Source: Squalus acanthias
Lineage: Eukaryota
NCBI GenBank assembly: GCA_030390025.1
Contig: CM059433.1
Span: 372,001-436,000, forward strand
Length of the DNA stretch: 64,000 nucleotides
Direction: 5' to 3'
This document shows, piece by piece, positions 1 to 11,491 of this stretch. The position numbers and the translations under genes are program-made. Every line of letters starts with the position of its first letter. Position 1 is the stretch's first letter. The notes below the pieces were generated by a model. It made no database searches, had not been told where the DNA came from, and was given only the letters and a program-made list of their open reading frames with translations.

Positions 1-1149
1 CAGACTAAACTCGCCAGAAAAAGTTAAAGCATGTCCATTCCAGTGTAAGTTCCCTTTTAATGGCATGGTAAGTCTTAATTACTGCCAAACAACCCCTCTG
101 GCACTGAAAATTAACTTTTACATGTGTGGAATCTCATTCCTTCAGATTTTAATTATCGTGGAGATTTAAAATTTTTTTAAAATGTTGTTTACTTTTTCTG
201 TATCTTTCTCTTAATCCAGTCTTTCTTTCCATCTCTTTGTTTTGATTTCTGTACCTGATTTGACATTGAATTATATATTCTAACTGACACTTCCTGGTTC
301 AGACTCTGCGCTGCTCATTAACAATTCTGCAATCTGGTTAAGGAGATGCACAGTTACTTGCCCTGGTCACACAGGTCTCATAAGAACATAAGAAACAGGA
401 GCAGGAGTAGGCCAATCGCCCCTCGAGCCTGCTCCGCCATTCAATAAGATCATGGCTGATCCAATCTTGGCCTCAACACCACTTTCCCGCTCTCTCCCCA
501 TACCCCTTGACTCCCTTGTAGTTAAAACGTCTGTCAATCTCCGCCTTGAATATATTCAATGACTCCGCCTCCACAGCTCTCTGGGGTAGAGAATTCCAAA
601 GATTCACGACCCTCAGAGAAGAAATTCCTCCTCATCTCCGTCTTAAATTGGCTAACGCTTATTCTGAAACTATGCCCCCTAGTTCTAGATACCCCCACTA
701 GGGGAAACATCCTCTCTGCATCCACCCTGTCAATCCCCCTCAGAATCTTATATGTTTCAATAAGATCACCTCTCATTCTTCTAAACTCCAATGAGTATAG
801 GCCCAACTTGCTCAACTTTTCGTCATACGTCAACCCCTTCATCCCAGGAATCAACCTAGTGAACCTTCTCTGCACTGCCTCCAATGCAAGCATATCCTTC
901 CTTAAATATGGAGACCAAAACTGTGCAGTACTCCAGGTGCGGTCTCACCAGAGCCCTGTAAAGTTGCATCAAAACTTCCCTACTATTATACTCCATACCC
1001 CTCAGCTTCCCTGTAGAGGGCGCTGTTCTTTTTGGCTCTCTAATTTACAGTAAGTTCCAGTGTAAAATCCCATATAAAATCTATGGGCAAGTGCACGTTC
1101 AATGAATGGTTGGCACTGTTCATTCACCGCTGAGAGAAAAATCAGGCCT
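1..1149. mobile_element. Probable non-autonomous TIR element (Harbinger-like MITE), left end outside window, interrupted by a CR1 fragment
   Basis: 1-370 loosely resembles the interior of the 10047-10772 element; ends in AAAATCAGGCC, similar to the other Harbinger-type termini here. Confidence 0.4.
379..990 (-). mobile_element. CR1 LINE 3' fragment (ORF2 C-terminus, 3' UTR, short tandem tail)
   Basis: ORF 534-893 LGLYSLEFRRMRGDLIETYKIL; tail CATAAGAACATAAGAA on the + strand. Confidence 0.9.
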
Positions 1150-1914
1150 TTAGTATAGGAGAAGGTTACTGGGTATAGGTGTTGTGAGTAGTTGAAGGGG
1201 TGGATAGTGAGTACTGGGGAGGGGTTAGCTGAAGGAAGAAGAGGGAAGAGAGAAGTTTGGATTGTAGCTAGTGGGCATGGGAGTAATGGGTATTTGGGAC
1301 AGGGAATAGTTTGGAGATGGGTCGTGGGTACTGAGGAGATGGTGGGTGTACGGGGTAGTGATAGATATCGGTGGGGAATTTGACGGAGGTAGAATGAGGC
1401 ATCTAAGACAGGTAAACTCAGCAATTTGAAATAATTATAAATTGAGAGGTTTGATGTTCGGTGGACAAAGGGATATGGAGGACTGGAGAGGAAGATCTAC
1501 TTGGACCTGGAGAGCTATCGAGAAGTGCAGCGGGAGCATTGCCAAAGTGGACACAGGCAGCCACGGAGGAAGAGTAGGGCTGAAGTAGCTGGAAATACAT
1601 AATGGAACCAAGTAGACATGAGGGGGGATCCAAATGGAAATAAATCTATGTAAATGAGGAAGAATGGAGAAGGTAGAGATAGAAGGGCTGAAGCAGAAGT
1701 GGAGAGGAGTGAGAACAGAAAGTGCCCTTTATTCACAAAGAACAAGCTAAGCCCAATTTTATGAATAAAATAATAGTCTTTAATAGGCCAGCAATTAACA
1801 ACTTGGGCTCTAAAAATGGGATTTGTCCAAATTAATTATGTGTTGTTGCTGATATTTCCGTCCAACTTTTTTTAATTTTCGAACTTGTCATGGATTATTT
1901 ACAACTGAGTTGTT

Positions 1915-2130
1915 TGCTAGGCCACTTCAGAGGGCATTAGGAGTCAACCACGAAGTAGGACTGAATTCACTGGCAAGCTAGGCTCCCTTCCTTGAAGAAT
2001 ATTATTGAACCAGTTGGGTTTTTATGGCAGTCCAGAAGCATTCGTGGCACTATTTCCAAATTGAATTAAATGGTGGGATTTGAACTCTGAACCTCTGGAT
2101 TGCTGGTTCAGTACTGCAACCACTAGACTT
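1915..2130 (-). mobile_element. Degenerate tRNA-headed SINE-like repeat related to 27080-27347
   Basis: Shares TTCAGAGGGCA..GAGTCAAC and GAACCAGnTGGGTTTTTA blocks with 27086-27205. Confidence 0.45.
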
Positions 2131-2289
2131 CTTGTTGAATGCAAATATTTAACTCATTAGCATTTCTTATTAAAGTGTAGTCAACAACATTTCTTAAAAA
2201 TATAGTGTGAACTTTGAAAGACTATTACTACACTGAATTGCCTAATTTATTGGTTTAAATTATTGAAATAAAGGAGAAATAATATGTGG

Positions 2290-2683
2290 TGCCTCACAGC
2301 GCCAGGAACCCGGGTTCGAATCTGACCTTGGGTGACTGTGTGGAGTTTGCACATTCTCCCCGTGTCTGCGTGGGTTTCCTCCGGGTGCTCCGGTTTCCTC
2401 CCACAGTCCAAAAATGTGCGGGTTAGGTTGATTTGGCTATGATAAATTCACCCTTAGTGTTAGGGGGGGATTAAATATGTGGGGTTATGGGGATAGGATG
2501 GGATATGTTAGGGGGAATTAAATACGTGGGGTTACGGGGTAGGGTGGGATATGTGTACTGTGGGGATTAAAGCAGGGACAGGGTACTGGATTTGGATGAT
2601 CAGCCATGATCGTATTGAATGGTGGAGCAGGCTCGACGGGCCGAATGGCCTACTCCTGCTCCTAGATTCTATGTTTCTATGTT
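2290..2683 (+). mobile_element. HE1-like V-SINE with CR1-derived 3' tail
   Basis: B-box GGTTCGAATC; V-domain TGTGGAGTTTGCACATTCTCCCCGTGTCTGCGTGGGTTTCCTCCGGGTGCTCCGGTTTCCTCCCACAGTCCAAA; CR1 stem-loop tail ending (TTCTATGT)n. Confidence 0.85.
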
Positions 2684-4510
2684 AATATAAAAATACAACT
2701 TTAGTATGAATTGAAAAGCTCAAGTTCTACTTTCTTTCTTTTTTTACTTGATGTCTGTAGTATCCTGAACAAAAATTCATCTCAAATGTGCTATTATACT
2801 TCAATACCATTTTGAGACTCGTACCTGCTTAGTGAAGTGGGATGGTGGATCTGAATTAGACTGTTCACCTCCATGTTGCACATATGTCCAAATATCAGTT
2901 AAATTTTAACATTGGTAAAGAACTGTTGGAGTAGTTGGCTCCTTATTAACATGAAAAGGACAAAATCATTTTTCAGAGTTTGCTTTGCAGTGGTTGCCTT
3001 TACATTTTACACCTGAGTTGTGACAAGTATGAAATCATTGACACAAGATACTCAGTATAGTGTATCATCAGAAACTGAGATCCTTTTATATGTAATCAAA
3101 CATTTTAGTTGTGTCGGTACTATACTGCAACGCGTCTTCCAATATTAAGTTTGTGCTACAAAACCCAAACTGACCAATAAATAGACTTTAGTCAAATGAA
3201 TACACTTTGGAAGTACAAGGCTAAGTTCCAGCGTTGCCTAGGAAAGTTTAAAGGCTGGAAAGAGTAGACTTTGTTCTACTGTAGCTCTAATTTCTAAGCA
3301 TGGTGTGTTTGAAAGGCAGCAACAGTGTGAATCGTTTCAGAAGTTTGTCGTCTCTGTTACAGGGCTCAGGTTTGATATGAGCCTTCTGCTAAATACTGGA
3401 TTGTTTTCAGTGTTGTGAGCCAAGCTTTAGCGTGGAGCAGGGACTTCCTTCGAGGGCCACGGCTTGGTTTTCCTGCATTCAGTCTTAATATTGCCATCGG
3501 TTTTCCTTTTGATTCTGATAAATTTAGTAAGAACATTTACTAATGATACAGCACCTGTCAGCAAATTTGTACTGAGTTTAAAAAGAAAATCAAATTTGAG
3601 TCCTAGTAGGCGACCGTGTCAGTTCCAAGACTGATTTCCTTTATGTAATGAAAGCGTTTGATTATATTCTTTGTGTTTTGGTGTTTCCTCTTTCACAGTG
3701 CTTTGTCTGAACTACCCAAGCCTGTTATGGGTATAGTATGTTACTTCCTTGTCTGATGACTGAAAGATGGCCTGTACGCTTAAGAAAAAAAAAGCAAGGT
3801 GACTTCATGACTGGAATAGAGATTTTGATATTTATTTTAGTTTTTAGGAGAAAGGTTGTAAATAAAAGTTAACATACACATTAGTTATACACATTCTGTA
3901 GAGGACTTGATCATTATTTGGTTTCCAAATTAAAACTATTCCAGCTATGACTTACTGAACCAAGTGGTGCGACATTCTATGCTCTAGACACTTCTTTTAA
4001 TATACCTATGTGCTTAATTTCCATATTTGTTTGTAATAGCTCATTGTTGAAAATAAAGTCAATAGTTAATCCAGGATATTAGTAAAGCAATATCTAATGT
4101 AAGTGCAAAGACGGTAACTGTCAGCAAGTTTTACTGCAGCAAGAACAAAATTAGCAAACCTCTGTCAACGTCTAGAAAAAGCATTTGTGAAAGTGCTAAA
4201 AAATGCACTAAATTAATTGCTGGTTCCCCAATCTTTGTGATACTAAGGGAAGGAATTTGTTTTTAAAACTGTACAAAACAACTAACAGTAACGATGTTCT
4301 TGGTGTTTAATTGGTTAATTGTCCTCAGGAATCTGGGAGATGCATGCTCTGAAATAAAAACAGAAAATGTTGGAAATACACTGTAGGGCTGTTGGCATCT
4401 GAAAAGACAGATCAGCATACTGGGTGGAGTTCTTAGTTGTGGTGCTGGTGTGAGCAGTTCACAAGAATACTGTGTCAAACAAGAAGCATGTCTCGGCCGT
4501 AAAACACATT

Positions 4511-5275
4511 GGCCCAGAAATTAGACTTCGATGGTTGCCGCGGGGGTAAGGATCGTGCGCGATCTTACCTACCGCGCCTGCCTTTATGGTTCGGGCCCAC
4601 ACGAACTTCGGTTCCTGGGCCTCTCCCTGGTGCCGGCGCGCAGTGTGTGCGTGTCCCAGAGGCGCAGTTAGTTCGATGCGACCTCTGGGATCACGTGGGC
4701 CATGGAGAGCCAATGGCAGCACACCATCTTTCATTCATAGTTTTGACAGTAGAACTGTCAAAACTATGAATACAACTTGCCCCCAAAAGAACAGCTAAAC
4801 CTCAATTAAATTAAAAAAAAAAACCATCACATTAATAAAATAACTATAGTTAAATAAATTAACCACTTTAAACAAAAATTTAAATTTTTGAAAAAATTTA
4901 AATTCTTTTTAAAAGTTATAAAAATAAACTTACCTTTCTTTAAAGTCTCTAAAAAAGATTAACCTGTTGAAATTTTTTTTAAATAATACTTAATTAACTA
5001 CTTACCTTGTTAAAAGGGGGTCTTACGCCTCCTTTTTTCATGTGTAAAATCTTCCATACTTACCCTCGCGTTCAAACCTGAAAAAAAACCTAAGTGTGCT
5101 GCGTGCGCACAGCCTGTAGTGCGCACGCGGTTCACTTAGGAACCGCCCCCTTCGCAATATCGGAAGTGCCGGTTTCCCGCGCGTGCGCAGTGCATGCAGG
5201 AAACCGGCTCTTCGGGACCGAATGCGGGTGAGTACACAGTGCATACTCTCCCGTATTCGGCCGAATTTCTGGGCC
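4511..5275. mobile_element. MITE (PIF/Harbinger-like), copy 1
   Basis: 12-bp TIR GGCCCAGAAATT/AATTTCTGGGCC flanked by ATT on both sides; GC-rich ends, AT-rich core; inverted homolog at 41450-42142. Confidence 0.85.
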
Positions 5276-5802
5276 ATTGGCTTGAACCTGATTTTTTTTC
5301 TGTAGCATATGGGCTGTCTGTTGTGGTTTACTGTACAATCTGTTTATGATGAAATCTTCAGACACATTTGCCTCACATTTAAGATTAGCAAAATTGCATG
5401 TAAATGGGATAATTGTCACCATTTTACTGGTGTGAGCATTTCTAATTGGGCAGTAGTAAAGCAGCCAATCTGATGGAATATGGATGATTTTAGATGCAAT
5501 TAAATGACACGGTGCAAAGTATGTGTGATGCAGCTATTATTTTATTTTGGCAGTACTTTGCTTTCAGTTTCCTAGTATAATACATACCTTGAAAGCCATG
5601 CTCACATTGCAAATGACTGCAATGAAGGTAGTAGTTCTTTACTGTGGCGATAACATCGCAAACATCATTGCCAACATTGTTTCCCAATGTATGTTTTTCT
5701 GAAGATTGCAAATGTGTGGAAGAAAGTAGCAGTGAGGTCTGAATTTGATTAAAGTGAGAAGTCGCACAACACCAGGTTATAGTCCAACAGCTTTATTTGA
5801 AA

Positions 5803-5840
5803 TCACAAGCTTTCGGAGCGGCTGCTCCTTCGTCAGGTGA
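5803..5840 (-). ncRNA. Minimal hammerhead ribozyme (PLE type)
   Basis: TCAC-CTGACGA-A-GGAGC-AGCC-GCTCC-GAAA-GCTT-GTGA: catalytic core, stems I and II, palindromic AAGCTT in place of stem III. Confidence 0.8.
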
Positions 5841-6207
5841 AGTGAAGAAATACAAATGGGCACAGCATAAATAGTCAGAGAACAATGCCTGTGCAGTGTA
5901 CAATGCCAGACGACTACATTTAATCTTTCTAACTGCCCTTTATCACACCTCGGCAGAGAGACAATCACGGCAATCAAATCCAACCAGGTCAGTCAGGAAG
6001 ACATTACATCAAAGACGATAGCAAAATACAACAAAGACAATGAGGTGGGGTCACAAGGGGTCTAATGTGTCAGATGCTGCAGTCTGTATGGAAAACCAAA
6101 AACTTAAAACGTTTTACATTTTTTGCTGGAAATCCCCAGCAGGTCCGGCCGCATCTGTGAACAAGCCAACGACGACTCGAGTCTGGATGACTCTACGTCA
6201 GGTGGGC

Positions 6208-6545
6208 TTACATGTAGCGTGACATGAACCCAAGATCCCGGTTGAGGCCGTCCTCATGGGTGCGGAACTTGGCTATCAGTTTCTGCTCGATGATTTTGCG
6301 TTGTCGTGTGTCTCGAAGGCCGCCTTGGAGAACGCTTACCCGAAGATCCGAGGCTGAATGTCCTTGACTGCTGAAGTGTTCCCCGACTGGGAGGTAACAC
6401 TCCTGCCTGGCGATTGTTGCGCGGTGTCCGTTCATACGTTGTCGCAGTGTCTGCATGGTCTCGCCGATGTACCATGCCGCGGGGCATCCTTTCCTGCAAC
6501 GTATGAGGTAGACAACGTTGGCTGAGTCACATGAGTGTACATGGC
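6208..6545 (-). pseudogene. PLE GIY-YIG endonuclease domain (5'-truncated)
   Basis: NVVYLIRCRKGCPAAWYIGETMQTLRQRMNGHR...HF...EQKLIAKF..GLN. Confidence 0.88.
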
Positions 6546-6800
6546 GAGACCATGCAGACACTGCGACAACGTATGAACGGACACCGCGCAACAATCGCCA
6601 GGCAGGAGTGTTACCTCCCAGTCGGGGAACACTTCAGCAGTCAAGGACATTCAGCCTCGGATCTTCGGGTAAGCGTTCTCCAAGGCAGCCTTCGAGACAC
6701 ACGACAACGCAAAATCATCGAGCAGAAACTGATAGCCAAGTTCCGCACCCATGAGGACGGCCTCAACCGGGATCTTGGGTTCATGTCACGCTACATGTAA
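6537..6800 (+). pseudogene. PLE GIY-YIG C-terminal fragment (mirror arm)
   Basis: GETMQTLRQRMNGHR...GLNRDLGFMSRYM*, nearly identical to the minus-strand arm. Confidence 0.85.
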
Positions 6801-7167
6801 GCCCACCTGACGTAGAGTCATCCAGACTCGAGTCGTCGTTGGCTTGTTCACAGATGCGGCCGGACCTGCTGGGGATTTCCAGCAAAAAAAGTAAAAAGTT
6901 TTAAGTTTTTGGTTTTCCATACAGACTGCAGCATCTGACACATTAGACCCCTTGTGACCCCACCTCATTGTCTTTGTTGTATTTTGCTATCGTCTTTGAT
7001 GTAATGTCTTCCTGACTGACCTGGTTGGATTTGATTGCCGTGATTGTCTCTCTGCCGAGGTGTGATAAAGGGCAGTTAGAAAGATTAAATGTAGTCGTCT
7101 GGCATTGTACACTGCACAGGCATTGTTCTCTGACTATATATGCTGTGCCCATTTGTATTTCTTCACT

Positions 7168-7204
7168 TCACCTGACGAAGGAGCAGCGCTCCGAAAGCTT
7201 GTGA
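7168..7204 (+). ncRNA. Minimal hammerhead ribozyme (PLE type)
   Basis: TCAC-CTGACGA-A-GGAGC-AGC-GCTCC-GAAA-GCTT-GTGA. Confidence 0.82.
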
Positions 7205-7829
7205 TTTCAAATAAAACTGTTGGACTATAACCTGGTGTTGTGCGACTTCTCACTTTTGTCCACCCCAGTCCAACACCGGCATCTCTGCATCATGAATTTG
7301 ATTGACATAACTGAGAACTACCAGTGGAATGTGGCCTGTCGCTCGCCACCTCCTGCCTTTGTGCTTTCGTGCAGCAATTCTTTGATTTTCATTCTGTCAC
7401 TAGGCTTACTAGATTGTTGGTACCGGATAAATTGCATCTAAGCCAGTGTGCTTAAAAGTTGTGTGATGTACTTCTTGTTCAATACTCTTAATTTATCAGC
7501 TCAAATTGCTTATACCACCACCATTACCAGACATAAAACCACTAGTATGTCACCCTACTATATCAGTGTTTCCTTTAGGCATTGCCCGACCTACTGCCAT
7601 GTCTCTCAGTTCAAGGGTATGGACATTTCAGACATTTACATTATGGTTTACTGAAATCCTAGTGACAGTACAGGATTGATTCTTACTGCAGTGACGCATA
7701 CTGAAGGTGTACTGATAGTACAGATATTGTGCATGCATTGATGCATACCAGACTCCTGCTTTAAAATATCTGTCAGTTATTTTTCTGCATAATGAGAGCT
7801 AATGCAGCATTCATCTTAGAACTCTATCA

Positions 7830-8212
7830 AAACCTCAATTTTAAAATTCTCATCCTTGTTTTGAAATCCCTCCATGGCCTCGCCCCATCCTATCTCTGTA
7901 ACCTCCTCCAGCCCTACAACCCTCCGAAATCTCTGTGCTCCATCAATTCTGGCCTCTTGCGCATCCCCAATTTTAATCACTCCACCATTGGCGGTCGTGC
8001 CTTAGGCTGCCTAGGCCCTAAGCTCTGGAATTCCCTCCCTAAACCTCTCTGCCTCTCTCCTCCTTTAAGGCGTTCCTTAAAACCGACCTCTTTGACCAAG
8101 TTTTTTGGGTCCTCTGCCCTAATATCTCCTTTTGTGGCTCAGTGTCAAGTTTTGTTTGATAATCGCTCCTGTGAAGTGCCTCGGGATGTTTTACTACATT
8201 AAAGGCGCTGTA
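7830..8212 (+). mobile_element. L2-type LINE 3' fragment followed by an (ATGG/ATGT)n microsatellite
   Basis: FKILILVLKSLHGLAPSYL...GGRALGCLGPKLWNSLP; 3' UTR GTGAAGTGCCTCGGGATGTTTTACTACATTAAAGGCGCT. Confidence 0.8.
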
Positions 8213-10046
8213 TGGATGGATGGATGTAGTATGTATGTAGGATGTATGTATGCAGTATGTATGATGTGCATTCACAATAGTTCTGTGTAATGTTTTGCAA
8301 AGTGTGCGGCACTCCCCTGTGTAGGTAGCATTGCATCGTACTTGTCAGGGTGTGCATGTAGAAATGAAAGAAAGTTTGACAGCTGTTGGTAAAGTCGTGT
8401 TCACAGGCATCTGGAAACACTCATGTATTTAAAGAAGCAATTTATTTTTTTCCTTCAGCTTGCTGATGTTTAAGAATTATTCTGTATTTGGTTTCCACAG
8501 AAATGTGGGGAGAGGATGGGGAAGCCTGAAAATAGAATGAGAAGCTTCTAATTTGTAAAATGCTGCTGAATCGTAGTAATTTGTCGAATGGGATATCTGC
8601 ACTTTTTAACTTTGAGAGATTATTTTGAAAGTAAAACAACATATACATTTATTAAAGCTCAGTGGCAGACATCAAAATCAGCAAATGTAGACAGTATTGC
8701 TGTTGTACACTACTGTACAGATCCATCTCAATGTTTCTGCCCTCTTTGTTTGTTAATACAAATAAAGATCAACTAATAGCTTAATAATTTTGTACATTGT
8801 TCTGCATAGAGCATGAGAAACCAAACAGGATATCTGAGAGATGCAGCAGATTTTAATGCCCATTGCTGCATATGTTTTTTTTTAGCAATATTCAGGATCT
8901 ATTGGTAAGATATGGATTGGAGTGGAGAAAACCAGCCACCCTAGCCTTTTCTCAACACTGAGTGAACAGGTGAATAGCAAAAGTATTGGGGGGGAAAATG
9001 AAACATCAAAATATTCAACTTAAGTTGATTAACAAAATATTATATTTATTTTTAAATTTAGTATTAGGTGAAAGTATCTTGCACAGAAAAGTGCTTTGAG
9101 GCCCTGCAAGAGAGATACCATGTCAGACCCATTCAGGCTTATTTGCTGGATGGTTAAATGGGGCATTTGCTGTGGTCCTTGAGCCTTACAAAGCAGGAAG
9201 ATCCAAGAATTGATCCCTGTTCTGTGCTGAGTTAGCTGATCTCAGTTAGGGAAGCAGTTGTCGAGACTCAAGAACTGGCTTCAATGCCCCTCAATTAGGG
9301 AGAGGAAAAGTCAGCCAGGGTTCTAGCTCATGATTATTATCCAGTAACCATGCTGGAAAATGTACGTGTGTGAATGTCAGGTGAGAACATGATTGAGCTT
9401 GATAGCAGCACCTTCGCTCACTACTGGAGGAGGGGGTCCCCACGTGAAGAATGCCAGCTTGGCTAGTAACATACTGGAGATGTGTAGGTTCCTGTGTAAC
9501 CTTCTGAACACAAACCACCGCTTTCAGGAGAAAAGAAATTTGAGCAAAGAGAATCTATTCACGATTCCTTTTATGTCTTGAGATTAATGAAGAAAAGCAT
9601 ATTGACCATAATTAAATATTTAAATATTTTGTAACGTAGATATTTTAGGCAAGTTAATCTAACAAAATCAACATCAAATACAACTGGTCTAAAATTATTT
9701 GTAGCCCTAAGTTTATGCAGTATTATGTCATGGGATTTTACTTCATTGCATAATGCAATTTCTTTACAGAACTCACTTTGTTCTTACCAAGTTGACATTC
9801 TGAATCTAAGATGTCAGTAGTGCTTAAAGCTTCATGACTCCATTGTTGCTTAAAAATTGTTTCCCTCAGTGAGTAATGGCAAGTGGGGACTACAGAAAGG
9901 CATCTGTTTAAAAATAAACATTTCTACCTAAAGCCATGTGTTATGAAGATAGTCACAGTTTTACTCTAAATGTTAATTTCAGGGGTAATACACTGCTGGC
10001 CTCTGTTTTACACCTGGGGTTTCTTTTGTCATACCGGCAAACACAA

Positions 10047-10772
10047 GGGCCCGGAATTTGAAGTGGGTAATGACTGCGAACTGTCAGCATTCACCGTCAT
10101 TACCCCTCTGAAACTGACCGCAACTTCAGGATTTAGCGCATGCGCATCTAAACGCAGAAATCCTGAAATTGCGGTCATCATTCACTGCTCCGACACAGGC
10201 TGCGCTGTGGACCGCCCCCATAGCCTGTAATCAGTGAAATCGGTAAAACTGATGATAACTTGGGCTTTTCCATGGTAATAACGCTGTTAAATACCCAATT
10301 AAATGTTAAGCCTGGTTGGAATAGATGTAACTGGGGTTTTAACATCATTTTGACTGCTAAACAAAAGTTTTTCAGGGCCAGAACGAATTTCTATATTTGT
10401 GGAGTGTCAAATTTCTCCATTAAATTATACATTACAATTTTTTTTGAAGTTTGTTCATGATATTTCAGCTTCTGCCTTATCCCCATGTGAAAGTCCCAAT
10501 CTTTATTTCGTCCTCTGTGTAACATTTTTAAAAAGTCCGGATAAAAGCTGATTTTCATTTCCTGGTTTGCTGTCTTTGAGAATTCTGCAATATGATTGGT
10601 TGCTTAGACAGCGTATTGACGTCACTGCAGCTCTTCGCTGGGAATTCCCATTACACTATGCTACAATCGGTTGCACCTCAAGAAAAGCAAACTTCTTGCC
10701 GCCTGGTAGCAGCTTTTTTCGAGGCCAGCGGTGAGCACCTTTGTTTCGCTGCTGACTGCAAATTATGAGCCC
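10047..10772. mobile_element. Harbinger-like MITE
   Basis: Imperfect TIR GGGCCCGGAATTTG/CAAATTATGAGCCC; internal TGACGTCA and GCGCATGCGC motifs; no clean TSD. Confidence 0.6.
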
Positions 10773-11024
10773 TTAAGATGTAGAGCTGGTTGGAAAGTGT
10801 TGTGATCTGATGCTGAAAGAACATTTGAAGTGGTATGGCTTTTTAGCTCTTTCCTGTGCATTGGAGAAAGTATTCGGAAGAGATATGGCTGTAAAATATT
10901 AACGGGTATTTCTGTTGAGTTGGTAAAATAATTGCTGTGTAATTTATATATATTTCTCTAAAGACAAAATATCTGAAATTAGACAAGAACCTTATGTTTA
11001 AAGCACATTTGAGTGTGGGTGAGG

Positions 11025-11460
11025 TGGGGCAGATGCTGAATGGTGCAGCGAGTTAGCTGCGATAACAGTTCAGATCCAGTCTAGAGCGATGGTGTGACAA
11101 CTGTGGTCTCTGCTAATGGTAAGGGCCCTACATAAATGGGCTTAGACTGTCTCAAATTAGTTCTTTGTGAGCATATGCGTACAGCACAGAATTTTCCCTA
11201 ATTTGGCACTAAAATTGGCAAAGGACAGAAGAATGGCTGGTGTGAGGAATGGAAAAGACACACTGCATTATCTGGCACTCTTTCGAGATAGGAGATCAAG
11301 TTGGGGCATCGTACAGTTTTCAAGTCTGTATTCTTGGCAATGCAGCTGACCACTATACCTTCCTCAGTGGTTAGAGAAAGTCTGCACAAGCCAGCAAGAG
11401 CATAATCGCTTTGCTGCCCTGTGCAGGCGGGTTGAGTCACCCAGGTCACTGGGGAACAGA
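11025..11460 (+). mobile_element. Ancient SINE resembling LF-SINE
   Basis: 11123-11220 is colinear with the LF-SINE body as I recall it (GGCCTA..AAATG..GTCTCA..AGTTC..TTGGCACTAA..TTGGC). Confidence 0.4.
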
Positions 11461-11491
11461 AAATATGACCACCTTTGATGATGAGCCCTTT

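Larger units (their letters stand above)
5751..7293. mobile_element. Penelope-like element insertion with inverted 5'-truncated copies (palindrome), 3' tail and TSD
   Basis: Arms ~5751-6472 and ~6537-7256 are near-perfect reverse complements; GIY-YIG C-terminus in both; GAATTTGATT at 5741-5750 and 7294-7303. Confidence 0.92.

Noticed and set aside
1150..1750. Purine-rich tract with ORFs
   Set aside because: Probably a very decayed LINE (L2-like) or low-complexity sequence; no firm motif
3698..3798. Possible exon (TTTCACAG...AAG|GTGACT) containing an ATG
   Set aside because: Weak donor and unrecognised peptide; cannot be supported without transcript data
6040..6968. Duplicated 60-aa ORFs (MRWGHKGS...) as a gene pair
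   Set aside because: By-product of the palindrome; they are antisense to the PLE 3' UTR
9170..9420. Possible old SINE
   Set aside because: Looks repeat-like, but there is no second copy in the window and no diagnostic motif I can verify
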